Origin: Cenococcum geophilum
Lineage: Eukaryota
NCBI GenBank assembly: GCA_050273025.1
Contig: CP158636.1
Location: forward strand, 434,001-498,000
Length of the DNA: 64,000 nucleotides
Direction of reading: 5' to 3'
Notes under the pieces: generated by a model
Database searches by the model: none
What the model was told of the DNA's origin: nothing
The model's input: only the letters and a program-made list of their open reading frames with translations
Shown: positions 13,030 through 26,100 of the stretch, one piece after another
Position numbering within the stretch: position 1 is the first letter of the stretch
Layout: each line of letters opens with the position of its first letter
Program-made: the position numbers and the translations under genes

Positions 13030-14470
13030 CTAAGCAAGCAAGTTAATAAAGGTCAAAAGAAGTAGAAATAAGGAGTTGACGTTACGTCTATAAGCGATAT
13101 TAATAACTATATTAAGTTTAAAATCCTTAAATACGGATATTTTAAGCTTATAAATAATAACGACTTATAGGAGTAATACTAGGAAGACTTTGTAGACTTT
13201 ACGGAAGCTACTTTTAAGACTTGCGACCGTATAGCTACCTATAATTTACAAACCCTTTTACGTTACTAAGGTGTATAGGTTAATAAGCGAGTTACCATTA
13301 CACAGTCTTTATACGATATATTATGCAAGGAGGACTAAACGGAATAAACTAAAGAGGAAGTCCTAAACCACATTAATACTAATAGATTCTTTACCTCTTG
13401 TAAACTTAATAGGATCTTTATAGGACCTTTAATACATATAAATCTACTATTACCTAGAGAAATAGGACTTTTGCTATATATAATATTATATTCCCACTCT
13501 ACCTAAAACACCTATAACGTTAAACTAAACAAACTAGAAGCACCCCTACCTACTTTAAAAGTCCCCTAAAAACTATAGTACCCACACTAACTAAGTCCTG
13601 CCTAGCAGCCTACCTAATAGTATAACCCTCGGCAGCTTAGCTAATAGCAGTATACCCTATAGTAGAACAGTTCTACAAAACGTCCTAGGGGGGTAGTTAT
13701 ACTAAAGGAAGAGCTAGATAAGACATTAAAGGAAGAGACTATTAAGACGTTAAATAAAGACAAGACGCAGGTAAACTCTAGTGGAAATTAATAGGCAGAC
13801 TCTAGCGGAAATTAAGATTAAGCGATTAATTAAGAGAAGCTTAGCTCTTAAGACGATAACATAATAGGCCCGTAAGCTCCGCCTATATAAGCTCCGTCCA
13901 CACAAGCTCCGTTTATATAAGCTCCGCCTATATAAGCTCTACCCACATAAGCTCCACCCAAAAAAGCTCCGCCTACGTAAGCTCTGTCTACGCAAGCTCC
14001 GCCTATATAAGCTATATCCGCGTAAGCTCCGTCTATATAAGCTTTATCCGCATAAGCTCCGCCTATATAAGCTCCGCCTATATAAGCTACGTCTATATAA
14101 GCTCCGTTTATATAAGCTCCGCCTATATAAGCTTTACCTATATAAGCTCTGCCCGCGCAAGCTCCGTTAGCGCAAGCTCTACTAGCTTTACCCTCTTTAT
14201 TAACTAAAGCTAAGGAGTTACGGTAGCTAAGCTTATATAAACCTCCGTAACCTACCTAGTAATTACTACCTATAGTAACCGCCTCTACCCTTTCCCTAGT
14301 AACTGCTCCTACCCTACCTAATCTTCCTCCCGCCTAGTATCTTTACCCTAATACTGCTAACACCGACCCTAATATACAGCTATATATAGACCAACCCACG
14401 TACAACCCCTTAGGGGCGTATATTATATCTACTTGCTAACTAAAGACCTTATTTAACCTACCCTTTACTA
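13030..14470 (+). pseudogene. Gag N-terminal-like domain plus Q/P/A-rich tail of element E
   Basis: De-RIP NDLWEQYQEDF..F....F.....LRTLLRYQGVWV aligns by eye with C Gag LWEYFREDF.GW....FRDFLRRNGVYI. Limits approximate. Confidence 0.6.
13872..14180 (+). repeat. 15-bp tandem repeat, ~21 copies (YAAGCTCCGCCTATA-like; QAPPx peptide)
   Basis: aagct recurs every 15 bp. Confidence 0.95.
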
Positions 14471-14939
14471 TATTACAGACGCTTTAAGTACAATGTTATA
14501 ACTACTTAGAGAAGAGACGGAAGAAGCTAGTTGGTTAATTTAGGCACAGTCTAAGATAGAGCCGATAGAACTATATAATAAGGAATAGTAGCTAAGGTTA
14601 TATAATATAATCTATATAATCTATATAATCTATATAATCCGTAATAGAGTAGATAGAGTATACGTATATTACGTATAAGAAGGATTTTATAGGAGTACGG
14701 TTGTATATTTAAGGACCCTTAGTCCCTACCTAGATAGTTCCTTCCTTATAGTAATTCTTAGAATATAATTAGAGTTAATCTATTAGGCAACTACTCTACC
14801 AGTTATTATTATATTATTAGCTTTAATTTACGTCACCTATATACCTAGCCCATTAACAAGCCTATTGTAGTACTTGCTATAAGGTTCTGTTATATAATTA
14901 CTACCTAGTTATAGTACTAAATACAGAAAGTTAAATAAC

Positions 14940-17900
14940 ATACCACTAAAAGCAGCCACCATAACGCTATTAATGGCGGCAACTACTTTAAGGTTAGGTA
15001 ACGACACCAATATAGCAAACACTAACTTATAGCAACCTATAATGGTTGGATAATTATAAGAAATAGTTGACCAGCTAATAGAAAATAATGTAACGCTAAA
15101 AAATAGGATTAACGGGATAGGCGCAGTAAAGGTTAAGTTACTATTAATTAAAAGATTCTTAGGAGAAAAATCAAAGCTTAAAGGATTCCTTACGTAAATG
15201 CACTTTAAGGTTACGCAAGAGGGAGTAAAGCTAGTAATACCTATAGATTAAATAGCATATGCGGTATTATTCTTAACAGGAAGAGCACTTAAATAGTTTA
15301 AGCCTTACCTTACAGAAATCTAGGTAAATAGAATAATAACAACGAACTAAGAGGTACAGTTTATATTCTTAAGCTAGAACGGATTTACGGAGCGACTTAC
15401 ACAAATATTTAAAGACCTAGAGGCAGTAACTACGGCGAAAAAAAAACTCTAAGATATTACGTAATAAACCTTAGCAATTAAGTATATAACGCAGTTCTAG
15501 ACATTAGCAATATAAGTAGAGTAGAACAATAGGGCGCTTATAGCATAGTATAAATAGGGACTTAAGGCTAAAGTCTAGGACGTAATTATCCTAATAGAAG
15601 ATATGGATACTCTAAGGAAGCTAATAGATTAAGTAATTAAGATTAACAATTAGATCTACTAAAGGGAATAGGCTAAGAGAGGCTAGGATAGAGTTCTATA
15701 GTTATATAAGGCGCAGAGTATATAACGACTAAAGCTAAGTTAAAAACTATAGTATAGCGCAGAGCTAATGGACCTAAGCGGTACTAAAGAAGCCTATAAG
15801 AGATAAAGTAAATAACTATAGAAACCTAAAGAATAAGAATTAAGTAATTAAAGATCTAAGGAGCAGAGGCTAAATTAGGGATCTTAACAGCAGAAGACAT
15901 TTAGGCGGACTCTATAGCAAGAAAAATACTTTAAAAAGAGAGCTTATATAAATTGCGGAAAATAAGGTTATTATATTAGAGATTATAGAAGTAGGTAGAG
16001 TTACTATATAGTAAAAGGAATAAGACTAGTAGATAATATATACGTATAAAGGGATAATAATATACTATAAGGAATAAAAGAATGTTTAATTAAAAGTTTT
16101 GCGTTTTATTATAATAACGTATATTAAATTTATAAGGACGCCAAGTACGGCGCAAGCTATTAGCTATAGGAGCTAAGTTTATTAAAATATTAAGGAACCA
16201 ATAAACTAGCTTATAGATCGGATATTAAGGACGATAAATTTAATAAAGGCGAAGTATTTCGTAATAATAAGGTAATAAAGGCGGTTTACTAGGAATACGT
16301 AGCTATTAAAGATATTATAACAGAGGTAGAGGATAATTCCACTATAGAATAAGGAACATTAGTGGGGATTAAGACCCTACTAGACACGATATCTATCGCT
16401 TTATAAGACGTAAGAGAAGTAGAATAGTAAGCTACTTCGGCACTTAATAAAGGTAAAAGGCTAAAAGCTTAAGACTCTTAAAACGAGATGCGAGACGACT
16501 AAGATTCTTAAGACGAGATAAGGTAAGCTTAAGGACCTATAACGGACGATAACCGATAGAGCAAAGCAATAGCTTAGTTTAGTAATATACGAATAAGCTT
16601 AGGACGAAGTTTCCTAAAGGTATAAGATTCTTAAGATAAAATAAGTAAGATTTAAAACTCTTAAGATAAGATAAGAACACTAAGTAAGCCTAGTTAGACT
16701 AAGGCTAAAGTAAAGCTTAAGATAGAAGCAAGCTTAGGATTAAAGAATCTAAGGGGTTAAGAATTTAGGGTATAAATAAGGATACCTATAAGCAAGAGGC
16801 AAGGAGCTTCTTTATAGATTAGAGAATCTACAGCATAAATAGTAGTTAGATTAAGAGATAGGTATATAGACCCAGAAGACCTACTAGGAGAATACAGTGT
16901 TCGACCTAAAGATTAAAAAGTTAATACTAAGATTAAGAAGTAAGATAACTTTAAGGATCTAAGCGTAAGACGCAAACTAAAAAAAACTATAAAAGAATTT
17001 AGGTAAAGAATTATCGCATAGTAAGAACAGAAACTAGATAAAAGATCTAGTATATTAGGACGTATAAGGGACAGAGCGCTAGTATAAAGAATTACTAATA
17101 GGCCTAAAGTAGGCATATTAAGAGCCAAGTAGCTTATTAAACTAGAAGATAAAGAGAATCTAAAGATCCCTACTAGGTTCAAAGAACGACATATAAAGGG
17201 CTATTATAACGCAGTAATAAGAAGATACTTTCTTACAGATAAGCCGTATACACTCTAGCAGCTATACTAAAAGTAGTATAGGCAACGACATAACGATAAG
17301 TAGGAAGATTTCTATATATGGTTAGATAAGAAAGTTATCTAAAACCATCCAATTACCGAAAAGGCTATAACTCACATTAAAGGAGCCTTAATTATAACGT
17401 TAAAGGATCTAAAGGAACGATTAAAGGACTAAAGAAGTAAAAGACGCATCTTAGTACCTGCGAATAAAGTTATAACGTTTAGATTAGTACAGTAAAGGTT
17501 TAAACTTAGGGATAAAGACGAGCTAAGAGTTAACCTAAAGCACCTAGTATACTACACGCTATTATAGATTGCATACATAGATAATATATATAAAATGCAC
17601 AAGAATCTAAAAAAAAAAAAAATTAGAAATACCCTATAAGGATATACTAGATAATAGATAAGCAATAGTATAGGAATACTAAGTATATACATAGATGGCA
17701 TCCAGTAGAGGCTTAGGAGAAAGGAAATTTAATACTTTAACTGGGAAGATTCCTTATAGAAGAATGCTTAAATAAATAATAGTAGTAGGAATGCCTAGAG
17801 AATATATATCTATAGTATATTAAAGACAAAAAGTAAACTAGGTATTGGTTAAAGAGTAAGCCAAGTATATAAAGATTAAGTAGCTAATAGTTAGGAAAAG
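14940..17900 (+). pseudogene. gag: G1 extended gag (ORF1)
   Basis: RFSGEKSKLKGFL, RALEWFEPY, EPMDLS and a CYNCGKQGHYIRDC knuckle (~15945), followed by a ~2-kb extension. Confidence 0.8.
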
Positions 17901-20900
17901 TAGAGGCCTATAAAACCAAAGAGAGCTAGTAGTAGAGCCTTAGACCCTTAAAGGAATTTAAGGACAATACCTAAATTTATAAGTTAAATAGTAAGATTAA
18001 CAGTTTAAAGCGCTAATAGATAGTAAAGTAACGCGAAACTATATTTTACTAATAGTAGTTAAGAGAATAGGACTACCTTATAGACAGAAGGAGTAACCTT
18101 ACCTATTAGTTACAATTTTAGAAGATCTAATAGCCTACGGGGGAGGGATCATTAACCTTAAAATAGAACCTATTTAGATAACCATTAAAGGAAGACGAAT
18201 TAAGATGTCTTTTAATATCCTACTATTAGGATAGGATGAGGCAGTACTAGGAATGCCTTAGTTATAGGAATACAATCTAAAGATTAATTAGATTACAGGT
18301 CAGGTCAATATTAAAGATACTTAACGCTGTAAAATATAACAGCAAACTAAGTTAGTATAGTACTAAGTTAGAGCAATATATAAAGAGACTAAGTAAGGCT
18401 TAAGTTATATACTAAAGAGATACCACAAGTATGGCAAGAAACTATAGTTACTAGAAAGTAAAAAGCTATTAAAGTACGTAGCGTAGGACTATAAAAATGA
18501 ATTAGAACTAGAAATAAGTCTAAAGTTTTTTCTAATCTACAAGCTTACTAAAGAAGAAGGTAGAGTACTTAAAGAGTTTATCTAGGAGAACTTATAAAAG
18601 GAATACATCAGACTATTAGAGTTATTAGTAGGTTATCTAGTACTATTTATACTAAAGAAGAACGGTAAACTAAGGCTATATATTAACTATAAACAGTTAA
18701 ATAGTATTACCAGGAAGGATAGGTATCCTTTACCCTTAATTAGCGAAATCTAAAATAGAATAGGTAACGCGTAAATTTTTACAAAGATAGATCTAAGATA
18801 GGTGTACTATTGGATTAGGATTAAGGAAGGCAATAAATAAAAAGCAGCTTTTAGATTAAAGGAAGGACTATACAAACTATTAGTTATGTAATTTAGGCTT
18901 ATAAATATACTAGCAATGTTTTAAAAGCGTATTAATAATATATTAGGAGAACACTTAGATAAATTTGTTATAGTATATCTCGACAATATTATTATCTACT
19001 TAATAACTAAGGAAGAATACAGGGAACACGTTAAATAGGTTTTAAAGAGACTATAAGAGAAACAAATACTAGTAGTAATTAAGAAATGCGAGTTCTTTAT
19101 AAGGAAGACCGATTTTATTAGATTTATTATTAAACTAGGCTAACTTAGTATAGATTTAAAGAAGATCGAGGCTATAGTAAATTGGTAGGAGCTAGAGAAT
19201 ATTATATAATTAAGATTGTTTTTAGGGTTTTATAATTACTATAGAAGGTTTATAGCGCAATAGTTAAAGGACATTAAGCCATTTACGCAGTTAACGAAGA
19301 AAGAAGAATTATAGGCATAGGGAGAGGAATAGTAAGAGTTATTTAAAAAAAGTTAAAAAATTGTTTACCTAGGAGCTAGTTCTTAAGATCTATTAACTAG
19401 AACTAGAGACGGTTATAAAGACGGATATATTAGACTTTATACTAGGGGTATACTTTATATAGAAATATTAAAATGGATAACACCTAGTGGTATACTATAG
19501 TCGGAAGATAATACTACTAAAGTTAAACTATAACATCTATAATAAGGAGTTATTAGGTATAGTTATAGTACTTAAAAAATAAAGAGTATTCTTATAAGGT
19601 ATAGAGAAACTATTTATAGTTAAAACAGATTATAAGAACCTAATAGGATTTCTAATAATAAAGAAACTTAACTAAAGATAGGTTAGATGGGCAGAGATAC
19701 TTATAGAATACTATTTTAAGATTTAGTATACTAAGGGTATAGATAACACATAAGCAAACGCTCTAAGTTAAAAAGCTAAACTACAAAATAATAAAAAGCC
19801 ATTAGGGGCTTTACTGCGAAAAGATATAGACGGATTAATTAGATACAATTATCCAAAAATTATAGCAACTTAAGAAAACGACGGATTAGAGAAAGTCTAT
19901 AAGATACTAAAAAGCTTTTAGGTATAAAGGATTCTAAAAGTATAGCTAAAAGATCTATAAATGGATATATATAAATATTAAGAAGTAAAATATATCCTAA
20001 GAAGCATAGTAGAGCATTTTATAGAAGATTTCTATAAGGGAATAACTTAAGGACAAAATGAGGCTATAGGCTTAGTGTTAAGACTCTAGGAGGAGTATAT
20101 TATTAATAGAATCTAGAATATTATAAGAAAAGTAATAAAAGAGTGTCTAGATTATTAAAGGAATAAACTAACGAGGTATAAGCTATATAGAGGGCTATAA
20201 CCTATTAAAATACCAAAGAGACTATAGAAGGTCATATTATGGGACTTTATTATTAAGTTACTAAAGTTAAGAGATCCTATTACCGGATAAGATTATAACG
20301 CGATCTTAGTAATAGTAGATAAGCTTATAAAGTAGGGATACTTTATAGCATATATAGAAGAAATATTAGTAAAAGATATCACTAGAATCTATATTAAAGA
20401 AGTATTTATAAGATATAGAGCACTAAATAAAATTATATTGGATAGAGATCCAAGATTTATAGTAATATTTTAGGAAATATTCTTAGCAGAGCAAGGAGTT
20501 CGAGCAGTAACTTCCACCACATATTATCCGTAGATAGACGGTTAAACGGAAAGATTAAATTAGACGCTAGAGTAGTATCTAAGGCATTATATTAATTACG
20601 TATAGAATAATTAGGTATTATTATTACTAGTTATATAGTTTATATATAATATAATACCTTAAGAGGGAATAGGCATATTACTATTTAAGGCAAATTACGG
20701 ATATAAGCTAAGAATATTATTATTACTACGGCAAGTAAAGAAGATAAGTAGTATAGCTAAGGAAAGAATAAAGATATTAATAAATCTTTATATAGACCTT
20801 ATAGAATTAGTAAAGAAAGTATAAGAAAAAATAAAAAAGTACTATAATACTAAGAGATCTAAGGGACTAGATCTTAAGGAAGGAGATAAAGTATAGCTAC

Positions 20901-21310
20901 TATATAAAAATTTTAAGAGTTAACAACTAAGTAAGAAGTTAGACTATGTTAGACTAGGACCTTTTAAAATTACATAAAGGATTTTACTAGTCACGTTTAA
21001 GTTAAACCTACTAGCTAAAATAAAGATTTACTCTATATAGCATATCGCAATGCTAAAGCTAGTATATAGGAATATTAAGCTACTAGTTTACAAAGCAAAT
21101 ATATATAGAGGATAAGAAGAAGACAGATAGCAAGTTTTAAAGATTATTAGTTATAAGGACGTTAACGATAAAATATAGTATAAGGTTAAGTGGATAGGCT
21201 ATAATAAGACTACCTAAGAACTACTAGAAAATTTAAAGAATGCTATAAGAAAGGTATAGGAGTATTGGAAAAAATTAGGTTAGGCAGCATTAATAAAGAA
21301 GAATTGCTAA
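17900..21310 (+). pseudogene. pol: G1 pol (PR-RT-RH-IN-chromodomain)
   Basis: [68 protein letters not shown] after de-RIP. Confidence 0.93.
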
Positions 21311-21915
21311 AGAATAAGTTACCTAAGGGGGACCTAAGAAGAGCAGTTGCTAAACTACTCGGATCTATTTCCTTCTCTATTAAAAGAGAATCTATTTTTT
21401 TATTACTAAGTTCCTATAAACCTTATTCTACTAGTTTTTACTCCTTAGAATAGACCTTTTTATAAACCTTCTTAAGACGGATTAACTAAGTAAACGCCGT
21501 AAGATAAGACTTAAGGGCCCGTCACTAAGTATCGGCAGCCTCCTGTTCTATATTATAGAAACGGCGCAACTCTACTAGAGTAATAGATAGTTTATTATCT
21601 AGCTATATAGCAGTAGATTAAATATAAGACCCTAAGACAAATCAATTAGGGAACTAGATAACTATTAAGAGTAATAGGTTGCGTATATTTAGTATTAGAG
21701 ATAGAGCGAACATTATAGGACAAATAAATATTCGCTTTAATGCACTCTAAGTAAAAGGACGGTTATTATAAAGATGGACTCGCTAATACAATATAGACTA
21801 GCCCCTTTTTCAAACAATGCAAATATAGAGACGGTATAATCTCACTAAGAGATAATATTATAGCAATAGTGCGAGTACGACGAGCAGTCAAAAATGAAGA
21901 AATTGCCTTAGGTAT
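21260..21915 (-). pseudogene. G1 antisense ORF3 (Zn2Cys6-like cluster + coiled coil)
   Basis: Homologous to 60340-60991; retains TGT at Cys2 and TGC at Cys5. Confidence 0.65.
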
Positions 21916-23019
21916 AATAAGTAAAGATATTAACCAAATTAATTAGATAGATATTATACCTCTAATAAACAACTTAGAGATATTAGGAATCTTTAAGGAC
22001 GAAGATAGAGAGGAGGGAGATGGTATTACGGACGCTTTAAGTATAATATTACGACTACTTAAAGAAGAGATAAAAGAAGCTAGTTAGTTAATTTAGGCAT
22101 GGTTTAGGATAGAGCCAATAGAACTATATAATGAGGAATAGTAGTTAAGGTTATATAATATAATCTATATAATCCGTAATAGAGTAGATAAAGTACACGT
22201 ATATTATATACAAGAAGGATTTTATAGAAGTACGGTTATATATTTAAGGACCCTTAGTCCCTACCTAGATAGTTCCTTCTTTATAGTAATTCTTAGAATA
22301 CAATTAAAGTTAATCTATTAGGCAACCACTCCACCAGTTATTATTACATTGTTAGCTTTAATTTACGTCACCTATATACCTAGCCTATTAACGAGCCTAT
22401 CGTAGTACTTGCTATAAGGTTCCGTTATATACTACCTAGTCTTTAGCCATTATATAGGAGAAGGAACACCCTAGTTAAGGAGTATATACTACCTTTTTTA
22501 CGGACTGCCGCTACCGCTAGTAGTACCAAAATCCACCACTTATACCGCCGTTTTGACTACCCCTTAAGCTTAACCTATATTTAAGAATCTTTTAACTATA
22601 GCCCGTGCTACCTTACTAGTACTAAGATCTACCGCCTATACTACTACTTTAGCTACCTATTAGCTAAAAAGCTATATAGAGTCCTTAAACGCTTTAGATA
22701 TAAGCTTACCTAGCTTTATAGAGAGCCTACTAGATTATTACGGATAAGTGTAAAGATATTTAAAAGGAACTGGCTTTATAAATAGCCGTAAAAGCTATTA
22801 ATAACACCGCTGGCCCTAATAGACTTATACCCATCCTTTTAGTTTATAAAGCCTACCTAAGGATAAGTAACCTAGACTCTCCTGCCCTATCTATTACGGA
22901 TTAAGTAGCTATAATACGGAAGGCAATAGCCGAATGTAGTTAAGCTATAGGTTACTAAATAGGTAAAGAGAAAGGGAGACAAGGAAGGTAATATAAGTAA
23001 GTTAGTTAATTAGGGCACA

Positions 23020-23165
23020 TTGGTTAAAAGGCCTTATAGTTTATTTACAGCCTGTTAAAAGGCTATATAGTTCGTTTACGGCCTATTAAAGGGCTATACG
23101 GTTTATTTACGGCCCGTTAGAAGGCTGTACGGTTTATTTTACGGACTATAAGTAGGACTTACGGC
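23020..23165 (+). repeat. ~31-bp degenerate tandem repeat (~4 copies) in the element E interior
   Basis: Recurrent tttacggccyrttaraaggctrtayrgt. Confidence 0.75.
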
Positions 23166-23175
23166 TAGCTTAGAG

Positions 23176-26100
23176 TGTTACGGACGCCTTAAGTACGATG
23201 TTATAATTACTTGGAGAAGAGTCGGAAGAGGCTAGTTGGTTAATACAAGCACGGTTTAGGATGGAACCCGTGGAACTATATAATAAGGAATAGTAACCAA
23301 GGTTATATAACGTGCTACGTATTAAACGCAAGGAATAAGAGAAACTTATGTACCTTATATATAACACATATATTACGTATAAGAAGGATTTTATAGGAGT
23401 ACAGTTGTGTATTTAAGGACCCTTAGTCCCTACCTAGATAGCTCCTTTCTTGTAGTAATTTTTAGAATATAATTAGAGTTAATCTATTAGGCAACCACTC
23501 CACTAGTTATTATTACGTTATTAACTTACTTACAATACCTATATACCTAGCCTATTAACAAGTCCACCGTAGTTCCTACTATAAGGCTCCGTTATACAAT
23601 TACTACCACAGTTACGGTTTTAATAAGTTAAATAATATACCACTAAAAGTAGCCACCACGATGCCGTTAACGGCAGTAACCACTTTAAGGTTAAGTGGAG
23701 ATATAAGTATACAAGATACTAACTTATAACCAGTTACGGTTAGGCAGTTATAGGAAATCGTTAATAGGTTAAATAAGAATAATTAAATACTTAAAGAAAG
23801 ACTTAATGGGATCGGAGCAGCAAAGGTTAAGTTACCTTTAATTAAATAATTTTTAGGGGAGAGATTAAAGCTTAAAGGATTCCTAACGTAAATATATTTT
23901 AAAGTCATGCAAGAAGGGGCTAAGTTAGCTATAATAATAGATTAAATAGCCTATATAGGACTATTCCTAATAGGTTAGGCACTTAAATGGTTTAAACTCT
24001 ACTTAACGGAAATATAGACTAACGGAATAACTACTACCAATTAAGAGGTACGATTTGTGTTTTTTAGCTAGGTAGGATTTGCGGAATAATTAATATAGAT
24101 ATTTGGGGACCTAGAAGCAATAACTATAGTAAAGAAAAAGCTTTAGGACCTAATATAGCGAACTTGAGCAATTAAGTATATAACATAGTTTTAAATACTT
24201 ACTATATAGGTTAAATGGAATAATAAGGCGTTTATGGCATAGTATAAACAGGGACTTAAGGCTAAAGTCTAGGATATAATTATTCTAATAGAAGATGCGG
24301 ACACCCTAAGGGAATTAATAGATTAAGCGATAAAGATTAATAATAGGATCTACTAAAGGGAATAGACTAAGAGAGGTTAGGATAGAGTTCTATAGTGATA
24401 TAAGACGTAAAGTACACAATAACCTAAGCTAAATTAGAAAATATGGTATAGCGCAGAGTTAATAGACCTAAGTGGTACTAGAGAAACCTATAAGAAATAG
24501 GGAAAGCAACTATAGAAACCTAGAAGTTAAGAATTAAGTGATTATAGGACTAAGGAGCATAGGTTAAACTAAGGATCTTAATAGCAGAAGATATTTAAGC
24601 GGACTCTATAGTAAAAGTAATAGTTTAAAAACGGAGCTTATATAAATTATGGAAAATAGGGTTATTTTACTAGAGACTATAGAAGTAGTTACAGTTATTA
24701 TATAGTAAAGGGAACTAGACTAATAGTATATAACACATACGTATAGAGAAATAATAGTGCACTATAAGGAATAAAAGAGTATTTAATTAGAAGTTTTACG
24801 TTTTATTATAATAACGTATACCAAATTTATAAAGATGCCAAGTATAGTATAAGCTATTAGCTATAAGAGCTAGAGTTAAAAGGACTTAAAGGAACTAAAG
24901 AGTTAGATAAAAAATAAGATTAACTTTATAAGCTAGATTAAGATATTACAGTAATATATAGATAATAATTAGCAACAATAACAATGGAGTTAGAGTACTT
25001 ATTAATTAATAGTAATAAGGATAGTAAAGGAACTAACTAGGGGTATCTAAACCTTAATAACGTAATAGAAGTAGAAACTAAGACCGCTATAGAGTAAGGT
25101 TTAGTAACGGGTATTATAATACTATTAAATATAGTATCTATCGCTTTATAAGACGGAAGGAGTAATATTTAGAGATAATTAAGCAAGCAGACAACTGCTA
25201 GTGCTAGCTTACCACTTAATAAAGGCAAAAGGCCAAAGGCTTAAGATTCTTAAGACGAGATAAAAAATAACTAAGATTTTTAAGATAAGATAAGGCATGC
25301 TTAAGGACCTATAACGGATAAAAACTAATAGGATAGAGCGATAGCTTAGTTTAGCAATATATAAATAAGCTTAGGACGAAGTTTCCTAATAATATAAGAT
25401 TTTTAAGACAAGATAAGTGAGATTTAGGACTCTTAAGACAAGACGAGGACACTAGTAAAGCCTAGTTAGACTAAGGCTAGAGCGCAGCTTAAGAAAGAGG
25501 TAAGCTTAGGATTAAAAAATCTAAGGGGCTAAGAATTCGGAGTACGAATAAAGACACCTATAAGAAAGAAGTAAGAGGCTTTGCTATAGATTAGAGAATC
25601 TATAGTATAAATAGTAGTTAGATTAGGAGACAGATATATAGACTTAGAGGACTTATTAGTTAAATAAGATATTCAGACTAAAGATTAAGAATTTAATACT
25701 AAGATTAAGAAGTAAGAGAACTTTGAGGATTTAATTATAAGACATAAACAATAAGAAACCATAGACGAGTTTAGAGCAAGAATTATTATATAGTAAGAAA
25801 AGAAACTAAATATAAGATCTAGTATACTAGGTTATATAAGGGACAGAGTACCTATATAAAGAATTACTAATAGGCCGAGAATAGGCACACTAAGAGCTAA
25901 GTGGCTTACTAAACTAGAAAATAAAGAGGATCTAAGGATTTTTACTAGGTTTGAAGAACAATATATAAAAGGCTATTATAACGTAGTAATAAGAAGATAC
26001 TTCCTTACGGACAGACCGTATATACTCTAGCAGCTATACTAAAAGTAGTATAGGCAACGACACAATAATAAGTAGGAAGATTTCTATATATAGTTAGACA

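Larger units (their letters stand above)
14471..22429 (+). mobile_element. G1: full-length Ty3/Gypsy chromovirus (7959 bp), RIP-inactivated
   Basis: LTRs 14471-14894 and 22024-22429, TSD tacta, PPT gagaggagggaga. Gag, PR (LIDSG ~18012), RT (YLDD ~18976), RH, IN (YHPQTDGQTER ~20523, GPF ~20958) and chromodomain (~21130-21245). Confidence 0.97.

Noticed and set aside
13872..14180. CRISPR-like array
   Set aside because: Contiguous 15-bp tandem units without unique spacers, no cas genes, and a eukaryotic TE context.
17608..17622. Poly(A) tail of a LINE/SINE insertion
   Set aside because: It aligns with aaaggaaaagaa in G2, so it arose by G->A mutation and slippage; there is no inserted sequence or TSD.
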